Shown here piece after piece: positions 28,524 through 36,646 of a stretch of 64,000 nt of DNA (the stretch's first letter is position 1; each line of letters begins with the position of its first letter). The DNA comes from a virus. Lineage: Duplodnaviria > Caudoviricetes. The DNA is taken from positions 1 through 64,000 of the IMG/VR virus record IMGVR_UViG_2706796753_000001; one strand, written 5' to 3'. A program made the translations under genes and the position numbers. The notes under the pieces are model-generated. The model saw nothing but the letters and a program-made list of their open reading frames with translations. It searched no databases and was not told the origin of the DNA.

Positions 28524-28948
28524 TACATCGACTCCTCGTTTGCCCTATTTTGTGCGATATCCATTTCTGTGAGTAACTTAGCTAACTCTGCATCGCTAAT
28601 TCCACCGATATCGATACGACCTTCTTCTGTCTCACCAAGAGTACCTTCACGTACCATATCGTCAACAACCTTCTCTTGACGCATATTAATCTCTGGAAGC
28701 ATCCCAGCTCCTTGCTGACCGTTAATCATTTCATCGATACCATTTAACTCTTTATAAGCACTGAATACACGAATCGCATCAGCTACGTTATCAATTTTAA
28801 TTTCACCCATTTGCAGCTTCTGGATAAATTGGTTCATAGCTTCGGAAAATCCTAAGTTTAAATTCTGTCGTAGTTCTTCTTGTGCATCGAATACAGAACT
28901 TCTTTTCTGTACTCCTCGTTTGATGTTATCAACCATTGCCATCTGCAA
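28523..28948 (-). CDS. Probable terminase small subunit
   Basis: About 140-aa helical protein upstream of terL; call is positional inference. Confidence 0.55.
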   Translation of the reverse strand: MQMAMVDNIKRGVQKRSSVFDAQEELRQNLNLGFSEAMNQFIQKLQMGEIKIDNVADAIRVFSAYKELNGIDEMINGQQGAGMLPEINMRQEKVVDDMVREGTLGETEEGRIDIGGISDAELAKLLTEMDIAQNRANEESM

Positions 28949-29216
28949 GCTCTCCTTTCCTATCTAGTACTCTGTAACAAGAATTGATATCCTTACATAT
29001 GTGAACACTAACAAGTGCGCTCAACTCAAATCTGTACTGGTTTTGCGTTAATATGTACTTTTGTGTACGCTTTGTTAAAGTAGATAAAGGTCTGCCACAT
29101 ATCGAGCAAATCCTTGGATAGTTAACACGCTTGTCCCCTTTTTTAAACTCTTTATAATCTTGACAATTCTGGAACAGTCGTTTTCTTTTCTCTACTATTT
29201 CTTTCTTCGTAATCAT
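28929..29216 (-). CDS. Basic Zn-binding hypothetical protein
   Basis: CSIC...CKDINSC. Confidence 0.75.
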   Translation of the reverse strand: MITKKEIVEKRKRLFQNCQDYKEFKKGDKRVNYPRICSICGRPLSTLTKRTQKYILTQNQYRFELSALVSVHICKDINSCYRVLDRKGELADGNG

Positions 29217-29706
29217 TTTTCAGAATATTCCAACTTCTCATGATAGGCGTGTAGAACTTCTGATAGGAACATTTCGTATCCTTTTTCATTGTCGCAAAAT
29301 GCATTAGCGTACGCAAACGGTAATTCTAGAATCATCTCAGTAATCAAATTAGAAATCATAGTATCCGTATAGGGAATTCCATGTTGTACGAATTGACTTT
29401 TCAGATGGGACGAATATTTAGTATCTAGCATCTCTACAATCAACTCTTCAAAAGCTCCAACGTATTCATAATTGGCATCCTGATAATCTGCATACTCGTT
29501 AGCCAGTCGCAGCATCGATGTCGTGATTACTAATTTCGCTTCGTCTCTAACACTTTCATTAAATCTACGGTCTCGAAACTTAACCCCATGTACCTCAAAA
29601 ATTGGGGCAAGCTCTTTCGCATCTTCCTCGAACGTTTTAATTAAATTGATTTCCGCATATTCTTGTACTGCATCTAGCATTATATCTAACTCTTTCTCAT
29701 AAATCA
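29213..29706 (-). CDS. Hypothetical protein of the terminase operon
   Basis: Start MIYEKE behind SD AAGGAG. Confidence 0.75.
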
Positions 29707-29708
29707 TA

Positions 29709-29993
29709 TTAATCTCCTTTCTCCTTATGTCCCGCGACTGTATCATATCGTTTCAGTACGCAGTTTAAAATAAGACTGAACTCTTTCTGTACTTTCATCG
29801 CATTCTTTGTTACCACATAATCATATATCCCTAACGTGATTAAGGCGAAAACACCTCCCGTCACGAAATACGATACTGTTGAACTCTCTACTTCCACTCC
29901 TACAGAGCTAAGGTATTGTACTGCTTCATAACCTATCACCTGCGCTAAAAATATTAGTAGGAGCTTGTTCCTAGTATGTTTACTAATTACCAT
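29709..29993 (-). CDS. Two-TM membrane protein
   Basis: Two hydrophobic helices, SD GGAGG. Confidence 0.75.
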   Translation of the reverse strand: MVISKHTRNKLLLIFLAQVIGYEAVQYLSSVGVEVESSTVSYFVTGGVFALITLGIYDYVVTKNAMKVQKEFSLILNCVLKRYDTVAGHKEKGD

Positions 29994-30112
29994 TTTCCAA
30001 ATACCTCCATTGAGAAATATTTTTTATATCTCTAATATAGAGGTTTGTATAAAAACGATAGTAAGAAGTGCTATATTAGAAACGCAAAAAACTACGGAAG
30101 AGGGTAATTACT

Positions 30113-30424
30113 ATGGTGTACTTGATTCTAGCAATAGCCTTTACCCTTGTTTTCTACTCAGTAGCTGCTTATATGTCCTATGTAACTGCATCTATCCTTC
30201 ATAGAGGCTGGATATTCCGTTTAGTGTTTCCGACAGTTAAGGCTCTGCTGTTTATCATTATTGTCTATACCTCTATTATAGCAGATATCGTTCTGTTCAA
30301 CGCTTCCAAGTACGAGACTATCACTTACAAGAATGGCGTCATGTCTACGGTAATGGTTACGTCTTTAACAACAGGAAAAGAGAAAGGAGGTAAAGAAAAT
30401 GCGACAAAACGAAAAATCCATTAA
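30113..30424 (+). CDS. Membrane protein
   Basis: Two TM helices; late promoter TGCTATATTA at 30069. Confidence 0.75.
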   Translation: MVYLILAIAFTLVFYSVAAYMSYVTASILHRGWIFRLVFPTVKALLFIIIVYTSIIADIVLFNASKYETITYKNGVMSTVMVTSLTTGKEKGGKENATKRKIH

Positions 30425-30752
30425 TGCGGCTATTCGCGATGAATTGATGGAGCTAATAGGTACAATAGTTAACGGAGATAGAAAACAATTTCATATCTAT
30501 ACTATACATCGTCTAATTTCTCTAGGACTTCTCAACGATTTCCACTTCCATTATTTAGAATGTAATCGACCTGATTGGATTAAATTACAGATTATTACTC
30601 CAAAGGATAGAATTGTGAACGTATCAATCGATATCAATTCGCAGTATGGTAAAATAGAAGATGAAGAGAGTATAGAAGTTTTAAAGGAGTTGCATGAAGA
30701 AAATAAAATAAAACACCCGTTTTACAGACATATATTTAAAATGGGGCATTAA
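30399..30752 (+). CDS. Hypothetical protein
   Basis: SD AAGGAGG. Confidence 0.75.
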   Translation: MRQNEKSINAAIRDELMELIGTIVNGDRKQFHIYTIHRLISLGLLNDFHFHYLECNRPDWIKLQIITPKDRIVNVSIDINSQYGKIEDEESIEVLKELHEENKIKHPFYRHIFKMGH

Positions 30753-30770
30753 CAAGAAAGGTGGATTGTT

Positions 30771-31088
30771 ATGGAAAACACTGAGCTTGAATATAAAATC
30801 AAGGAAATCGAGAGTATCCTAAAAGAGCACTCCGAGGATTCTGAGGATATCAGAGAAGTACTTGAGGAAATACAAGTAATCGTAAAGGACTTAGATAAAA
30901 GCGTAGCCCTTAACGAAGAAAAACAATCCCACTTACGCTACCGAATAGACTTACTGAACCAGAGGTTAGCAGCTTTAGAGACTAGAGGAGAAAAAGGTAC
31001 AGATAAGCAAAGAGCTTTAGTTGAAAATGCTCTTATGGTGGTCTTAGGTGGAATTATAAGTTACATATTTAGCTTGTCGCAAAAATAA
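30771..31088 (+). CDS. Coiled-coil protein with C-terminal TM (XhlA/holin-like architecture)
   Basis: Heptad-rich N-terminus, hydrophobic C-terminus. Confidence 0.65.
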   Translation: MENTELEYKIKEIESILKEHSEDSEDIREVLEEIQVIVKDLDKSVALNEEKQSHLRYRIDLLNQRLAALETRGEKGTDKQRALVENALMVVLGGIISYIFSLSQK

Positions 31089-31094
31089 GAAAGG

Positions 31095-31337
31095 ATGATA
31101 AATATGGCAAGACCAATGGACGTAGAAATCACTTTAATGGACGGTACAAAAGCATTTATTCCTCAGGATGTATTCAATCGAGGTAACATTCCTGAGAAAC
31201 CAGAAGCGGTAATCGGGAACGCCGTGAAAGGTAGCGGTAGTCCCGTATTCCGTGTTAATACATCAGCAGATATGAATGGAGATTGGGAATTCGTAGTCGC
31301 GCAAAATATTTTGAAATTTAAGGTCACATATAAATAA
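31095..31337 (+). CDS. Hypothetical protein
   Basis: 80-aa ORF followed by a bidirectional terminator. Confidence 0.7.
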   Translation: MINMARPMDVEITLMDGTKAFIPQDVFNRGNIPEKPEAVIGNAVKGSGSPVFRVNTSADMNGDWEFVVAQNILKFKVTYK

Positions 31338-31356
31338 AATAAAATGGGGCATACTT

Positions 31357-31385
31357 AAAAGACCGTATATACGGTCTTATTTTTT
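31357..31385. terminator. Bidirectional terminator
   Basis: AAGACCGTA-TA-TACGGTCTT between convergent genes. Confidence 0.75.
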
Positions 31386-31625
31386 GTCCTTTAATCCCCT
31401 CACTTCCTCATCTGATAGCTCTGCAAATAAATCCCTATAGTTCATATTGAACATATCTTCCAACTGCATCAACTTATCTTTTCTAGGGAATCTGAGACCT
31501 CGTTCCCAGTTACTGACTGTACTATAACTAACATTTAGTTTCTGACACAACTCAGGAATGTCAATATTTCTATCTAATCGAACCTTTCTTAAACGTAATA
31601 CAACTTCTTTATTTTTATAAATCAT
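31377..31625 (-). CDS. XRE/Cro-family HTH regulator
   Basis: LRKVR...ELCQKLNVSYSTVSNWERGLRFP; promoter TTGACA-17-TATACT. Confidence 0.92.
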   Translation of the reverse strand: MIYKNKEVVLRLRKVRLDRNIDIPELCQKLNVSYSTVSNWERGLRFPRKDKLMQLEDMFNMNYRDLFAELSDEEVRGLKDKK

Positions 31626-32368
31626 TTCTGATACTCTCCTTTATGTTAAGTTTTAAATGTTTTTATTTAGAGTATAATACTTTGTTTACTAATTGTCAAA
31701 TATATTTTTTACTATTAGTATTTATTTTATTCTTGATAGAGAGAATTAGTATTTATTTCTGATGAAGGGAATTACTTTTTATTAAATTAAAATGGGGCAA
31801 CCTAGATACCCTATTTTATTTTATCTATTCTCTATATAATATTATTTATATTATTATTAATTATTAAATATTTCATTTATAATATTAGTTATTAAATATA
31901 ACTCTGTAATATTATATAGACGTCCGAAAAAAATAAAATAGGGTACTGTGTCAGAGATAAACCTAATAGAAGTGTGTATCAAGATGCAGAAGGTATTTAC
32001 TATAGAATAGGACTAATTGTATTCATTAAGATATAAGACATCCTCATCGAGCTCTCAGACCCCTTAGAAGTTAAATTAATATGTATATGTATTGTGTAAA
32101 TTCTATCAGAAATAATTATTCAGAATATTTTAAATATTTTTATAATTACAAGGATTCTTGTATCAGTTTTTGGTATAATAGAGTTGTAGGATGTTCCTCC
32201 TGCGGTATCCATGTTCTCTCCTCCTCTAACCTCGTGAAGACAAGGATATCATTCGTAAGTTTAATACGCCTTAGAGCAAATGTGCGGAAACACGTTTTCT
32301 CTCCCTTTATTAGAATTTTCTTATCTCTCCTCATACGTATCGTGTGGGGAGGGTACTTTTTATATCAT

Positions 32369-32441
32369 GTGCTTGTAGCTCAGTCGGTAGAGCTGGTGGC
32401 TGTTAACCACTGTGTCGTAGGTTCGAGCCCTACCTAGCACG
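32369..32441 (+). tRNA. tRNA-Asn(GTT)
   Basis: Cloverleaf, anticodon arm GGTGG-CTGTTAA-CCACT, T loop TTCGAGC. Confidence 0.92.
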
Positions 32442-32447
32442 TATCAT

Positions 32448-32519
32448 TGCCTCTTAGCCAAGCGGTAAGGCACGGGACTTTGACTCTCGGACGCGCTAGT
32501 TCGAATCTAGCAGAGGCAT
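32448..32519 (+). tRNA. tRNA-Gln(TTG)
   Basis: Acceptor TGCCTCT/AGAGGCA, loop CTTTGAC. Confidence 0.92.
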
Positions 32520-32612
32520 CTATTATATACTTTCAATTATCGTAACTCATACTCAACCGTATATTTGGTTGATTACACCTACCTAAGCAGGGAGACGATA
32601 GTTGAATTTCAT

Positions 32613-32685
32613 GGGTTAGTGGCTTGGTTAGCTCAGAAGCCTTAAAACAGCATCTGCGGTGGTTCAATTCCATCTCTACCCACCA
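32613..32685 (+). pseudogene. tRNA-like gene with distorted anticodon arm (Leu-TAA-like loop)
   Basis: T arm GGTGG-TTCAATT-CCATC and encoded ACCA end, but imperfect acceptor stem and 9-nt loop CTTAAAACA. Confidence 0.6.
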
Positions 32686-32688
32686 CAT

Positions 32689-32762
32689 GGGAGTTTAGTT
32701 TAGTGGTAAAACCTCGGTCTCCAAAACCGAAGTCATATGTTCGATTCGTATAGCTCCTGCCA
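32689..32762 (+). tRNA. tRNA-Trp(CCA)
   Basis: TCGGT-CTCCAAA-ACCGA anticodon arm, encoded CCA end. Confidence 0.92.
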
Positions 32763-32763
32763 C

Positions 32764-32851
32764 GGAGGGTTGGCAGAGTGGATTATTGCAGCGGTCTTGA
32801 AAACCGCCGAGGGTAAAACCTCCGTGAGTTCAAATCTCACACCCTCCTCCA
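32764..32851 (+). tRNA. tRNA-Ser(TGA)
   Basis: GCGGT-CTTGAAA-ACCGC, long variable arm, CCA end. Confidence 0.93.
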
Positions 32852-32853
32852 TT

Positions 32854-32925
32854 GGGGATATAGTGTAGAGGTAAACACGCACGGCTGTCTACCGTGAAGC
32901 ACGGGTTCGAATCCCGTTATCCTCG
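32854..32925 (+). tRNA. tRNA-Asp(GTC)
   Basis: CACGG-CTGTCTA-CCGTG, T loop TTCGAAT. Confidence 0.9.
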
Positions 32926-33071
32926 TAAACTATAAAATCTTAGTCATGTTGAGATAACTTAGGCGAAACCCTAAGTAAAGCATGTCCGTCCTAAGGAGAC
33001 ATTATAAAAAGAAGGCAAACATGACGTGGCGAGCTATCCGCAGACACGTAAAGAAATAGATAGCGATACAT

Positions 33072-33146
33072 GCCGAAGTAATCCAATCAGGTAGAGATAG
33101 CGGTTTTAGAAACCGTCCAGTGTGGGTTCGACCCCCTCCTTCGGTA
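33072..33146 (+). tRNA. tRNA-Leu(TAG), short variable arm
   Basis: GCGGT-TTTAGAA-ACCGT, acceptor GCCGAAG/CTTCGGT. Confidence 0.8.
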
Positions 33147-33155
33147 TCATATTTT

Positions 33156-33237
33156 GGCAGAATAGTCAAGCGGCAACGACAGGTGACTGTAAATCACCCC
33201 TCATTCGAGTTCTCAGGTTCGAGTCCTGATTCTGCTA
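33156..33237 (+). tRNA. tRNA-Tyr(GTA)
   Basis: GGTGA-CTGTAAA-TCACC, variable arm present. Confidence 0.92.
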
Positions 33238-33293
33238 TATTAAACATGACGAGAGTTTTTATTCTCGTCTATACTTATTTGAGGAGGCAATAC

Positions 33294-34130
33294 ATGATAA
33301 ATGTGAAGGATTTTAGTGGATTAACACCTGCCATACAGATACAGAATGCTATCAATGCAGCAGCCTTAGCAACATCTTCATCAAAGACCGTACTGCTAGA
33401 AGAGAAAGATTATTACCTTGAATCATCTCTTACATTGCTAAATGATGTAGAGTTATTGTTTGGCTACCGTTCAAGACTAGTTATTGGTGGTAATTTCCCT
33501 GTTTTATTAATAGGGCGAAACGCTTCTGTCACAAATCCATTCATAGCTATCGATTCCCCGAATTTTGATTCACTTGTCTTTTCCTTTGACGGTAAGAATA
33601 AATATTACAATACATGGAATAAGACAGCTATAAAAGATGGTGTAGTCGTTAACTGGACAGGTTCTCACAAAGGTGTCGGTATACGGCTCTTTTCTGGAGG
33701 AACTGACCATGAGATTTCATTTGTGGATATATCTAATGTCAAATTAGTCGGTCTAAGAAAAGGTATTGAGCTAGAGGCTAAAGCGCCAACAACAGGAATG
33801 GCGTGGGTAAACGCTAATAGATTCAATAACATTTCCATAGAAGACTGCGTAGAAATGATTACGATTGACAGTAGTGAGACAATCCCAAATGAATGTAGTG
33901 GTAACATTTTCTCAGGACTTCAACTACAACCATCTACAGCAACAACAAAAGTCTTGAAAGTAAGTGGGCAGCATAACCGATTCGATGGTATGCTCTGGGA
34001 CATCTCATTAATACCTACATCTAAATTCGTAGATATTACAGCGAACAGTTCCTACACGAAAATAGACTTTAATCGTTCCTTACCTAGTACGAAAGTACAA
34101 GATAGTGGGGCGAGTACAATATTACTATAG
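33294..34130 (+). CDS. Pectate-lyase-like right-handed beta-helix protein
   Basis: INVKDF...IQNAINAA...TVLL N-cap typical of the Pectate_lyase_3 superfamily; ATG behind SD GAGGAGG. Confidence 0.75.
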   Translation: MINVKDFSGLTPAIQIQNAINAAALATSSSKTVLLEEKDYYLESSLTLLNDVELLFGYRSRLVIGGNFPVLLIGRNASVTNPFIAIDSPNFDSLVFSFDGKNKYYNTWNKTAIKDGVVVNWTGSHKGVGIRLFSGGTDHEISFVDISNVKLVGLRKGIELEAKAPTTGMAWVNANRFNNISIEDCVEMITIDSSETIPNECSGNIFSGLQLQPSTATTKVLKVSGQHNRFDGMLWDISLIPTSKFVDITANSSYTKIDFNRSLPSTKVQDSGASTILL

Positions 34131-34150
34131 CGCATTCGTGCGCGTTTCTT

Positions 34151-34237
34151 GGAGGGGTACTCAAGCGGCGAAGAGGGGGACTTGCTAAGTCTCTAGTACC
34201 TTAACAGGTAGCGAGGGTTCGAATCCCTTCCCCTCCT
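34151..34237 (+). tRNA. tRNA-Ser(GCT)
   Basis: GGGAC-TTGCTAA-GTCTC, long variable arm, acceptor GGAGGGG/CCCCTCC. Confidence 0.92.
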
Positions 34238-34250
34238 TACTAGTTTCACG

Positions 34251-34282
34251 ATGAGTATAGCTATACGCTGTGCTCATTTTTT
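34251..34282 (+). terminator. Terminator of the tRNA cluster
   Basis: ATGAGTATAGC-TATAC-GCTGTGCTCAT followed by T-tract. Confidence 0.85.
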
Positions 34283-34377
34283 ATGCCCTATTTTACGGGT
34301 AGATATTTGTACATGGTATAATTAAAGTAAGGAAAAAGTGTTGAAAGCATTATATTAATAGAGATAGAGGTGTTGTC

Positions 34378-34644
34378 ATGAGCTTTCATCAAGTAGAAGA
34401 TGTATGGATTAAAGCGAAGTCTCTCCTATCTCAAGGATACACGTGGATTGAGGTTGTAACATACTACAAAATGCTAGGTGGTATGAAAGTGAAGGTATAC
34501 GTCTATTTAGATAGAGTGAAATATAGAATCGTAGGCGTTGCAGAAGAACCAGACAAAGTACTCCTAGAGAATAAACACGGAGAGATAATTAGGGCAAATT
34601 ACACAGATGTCAAGAACGGTAGGAAGAAGTTCGATTGCGATTGA
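34378..34644 (+). CDS. Hypothetical protein upstream of portal
   Basis: SD GAGGTG, late-type promoter upstream. Confidence 0.75.
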   Translation: MSFHQVEDVWIKAKSLLSQGYTWIEVVTYYKMLGGMKVKVYVYLDRVKYRIVGVAEEPDKVLLENKHGEIIRANYTDVKNGRKKFDCD

Positions 34645-34676
34645 GCTTTGCCCTATTTATTTTATTATAAGGTGGT

Positions 34677-36356
34677 ATGCAAATGAGCTTTTTAGACTTT
34701 TTTAGGTTTAAAAAACGCCCATCTACGACGACACTGGAACTTATGAATCCAGTAGATAAGCAGGAGCTATCTATTGCAATACGAGGGTTAGAAGAAGAGA
34801 CAGTAATGAAGAGCGCAAATGCTGGTCAAGGACGAGCTAAGGCGTATGAAGAGCCTATATTAGGTCAGTTCTCTATTAATCCAGATTACAAAGAAGCCCC
34901 GTCAAAAGATGGACGATACAACTTGCTAGAGAATTTAAAAATCTGGTCAAGTAAAAATATTATTGTTAACGCAATTATCAATACCCGTGTGAACCAAGTA
35001 TCAATGTTCTGTTCACCCGCCCGCTACAGCAACCGAGGTGTCGGCTATGAGGTTCGATTAAAAGACCCATTAAAGACCCCTTCGAGTCACGAGAAAGCGA
35101 CTATCGAGCGTATAGAGTCGTTTCTGGAGTATACAGGACGAGTCAAGGATGATTTTACACAAGATAACTTCCGAGCGTTCATTAAGAAGATTACTCGTGA
35201 TAGATTAATATATGACAAAATAAACTTTGAATTGATTTACGATAAAGATGGAGAACTTGGTAGATTTAAAGCTATTGACGCATCCACCATTTATGTAGCA
35301 GTCGATGAAAAAGGAAAAGAGCGTAAAGGCGATAACGTTGAGAAGTATGTACAGGTTTTAGACCGTAAGAAGGTCGCAGGGTTTAAAGCAAAAGAAATGG
35401 CATGGGAAGTACATAATCCTCGAACAGACATCCACGTCGGACGATACGGATACTCAGAACTTGAATTATGTTTAGAGCACTTACAGTACCATGCAAACAC
35501 TGAGTTATTTAACGCTCGTTACTTCGCTCAAGGTGGTACGACTCGTGGATTATTACATATTAAAACAGGACAAGAGCAGTCCCGTCATGCACTACAGTCA
35601 TTCCGTCGTGAATGGCAAACAATGTTTAGTGGTATTAATGGGGCATGGAAGATTCCAGTTGTATCAGCAGAAGATGTTAAGTTCATTAACATGACACAAT
35701 CATCTCGTGATATGGAATTCGAAAGATGGTTAAACTACCTTATCAACGTTATGTGTAGTATTTACGCTATCGACCCTTCTGAGATTAACTTCCCGAACCG
35801 CGGCGGAGCGACAGGTAGTTCTGGTAGTACTCTAAATGAAACGAGTGCTAAAGAGAAGAACCGTATCTCTCGTGACAAAGGTTTAGAGCCGTTACTTAAG
35901 TTCTTAGAAGATATCATTAACAAGTACATCGTATCTCAGTTCGGAGATAAATACATATTCGTATTCGTAGGTGGAGATGCAACGACAGAGAAAGAGATTC
36001 TAGAATTACTAGAGTTGAAAACAAAAGTCGGTATGTCATTCAACGAATCGCGTAAAGTACTTGGATTACCTGCAATTGAAGGCGGAGACGTTATCAATAG
36101 TGCGTTCCACGTTCAAAGTAAAGGTCAGATTTTACAAGAAAAACTTATCCAGTCTAAAGCAGCGCAAGAAGGCTCAGACGATAAACAAACATCTGAGATG
36201 AAGCAGCAAGGTTTAGATGGCTCTAACGCGAAGGTATCTGGTAAAGATAACAGCGTAGGTAAAGATGGACAAGTTAAAGGTAGTCGTAACGCTAACTCTA
36301 CTAAAGAGGGAGGTAAAGGCGAAAATGGAGAAACGTATAATCGAGATACTCGATGA
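34677..36356 (+). CDS. Portal protein
   Basis: GYSELE, NARYFAQG...GLL, INGAWKIPV, DMEFERW and IDPSEINF motifs; position before protease. Confidence 0.95.
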   Translation: MQMSFLDFFRFKKRPSTTTLELMNPVDKQELSIAIRGLEEETVMKSANAGQGRAKAYEEPILGQFSINPDYKEAPSKDGRYNLLENLKIWSSKNIIVNAIINTRVNQVSMFCSPARYSNRGVGYEVRLKDPLKTPSSHEKATIERIESFLEYTGRVKDDFTQDNFRAFIKKITRDRLIYDKINFELIYDKDGELGRFKAIDASTIYVAVDEKGKERKGDNVEKYVQVLDRKKVAGFKAKEMAWEVHNPRTDIHVGRYGYSELELCLEHLQYHANTELFNARYFAQGGTTRGLLHIKTGQEQSRHALQSFRREWQTMFSGINGAWKIPVVSAEDVKFINMTQSSRDMEFERWLNYLINVMCSIYAIDPSEINFPNRGGATGSSGSTLNETSAKEKNRISRDKGLEPLLKFLEDIINKYIVSQFGDKYIFVFVGGDATTEKEILELLELKTKVGMSFNESRKVLGLPAIEGGDVINSAFHVQSKGQILQEKLIQSKAAQEGSDDKQTSEMKQQGLDGSNAKVSGKDNSVGKDGQVKGSRNANSTKEGGKGENGETYNRDTR

Positions 36357-36567
36357 GCTAGAGCTTAAGCTAGACACTCGAATGTATGATGAAGATGTTT
36401 TAGAATATTACAACATCGATGAACTTGTATTATTCAGAACATTGACAATTGATTGTCACATGCACCCTTCTATCGCAGTAGACTGTTTAGCTAGTAGAAA
36501 TATCGATAGCATAAAAGAGTTGAATAAATTCTTTAGTCGATATTTACCATTAATGAAATTTAATTAA
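36325..36567 (+). CDS. Hypothetical protein
   Basis: Start MEKRII behind GGAGG. Confidence 0.6.
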   Translation: MEKRIIEILDELELKLDTRMYDEDVLEYYNIDELVLFRTLTIDCHMHPSIAVDCLASRNIDSIKELNKFFSRYLPLMKFN

Positions 36568-36595
36568 CAAAAAACTCTGGTCTAAGTGGTACTTT

Positions 36596-36605
36596 TGCTA
36601 TATTA
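36596..36605 (+). promoter_or_regulatory. Late promoter motif (also at 30069, 34314, 38391, 38464, 47007, 47032, 54347, 63515)
   Basis: TG(C/T/G)TATA(T/A)TA-like element upstream of structural genes. Confidence 0.75.
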
Positions 36606-36646
36606 ATAACAGTTGAATTCGTACCACTTAGAAAGGAGGAAAATAT

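Noticed and set aside
32081-32437. ORFs 32081-32437 (+) and 32146-32334 (-)
   Set aside because: No SD, they overlap a promoter, a terminator-like stem and (for the + ORF) tRNA-Asn, and their composition is unlike the phage's genes.
32613-32685. Ochre suppressor tRNA or genome recoding
   Set aside because: No register gives a 7-nt loop with a paired stem around TTA, and TAA is used normally as a stop throughout.
32926-33070. tmRNA, theta/HDV or pistol ribozyme, or preQ1/SAM-II riboswitch
   Set aside because: A pseudoknot is present but the catalytic or ligand-binding consensus nucleotides and required helices are missing.
33120-33293. N-terminal extension of the 336-aa ORF
   Set aside because: It overlaps tRNA-Leu and tRNA-Tyr; the ATG at 33294 has a strong SD.
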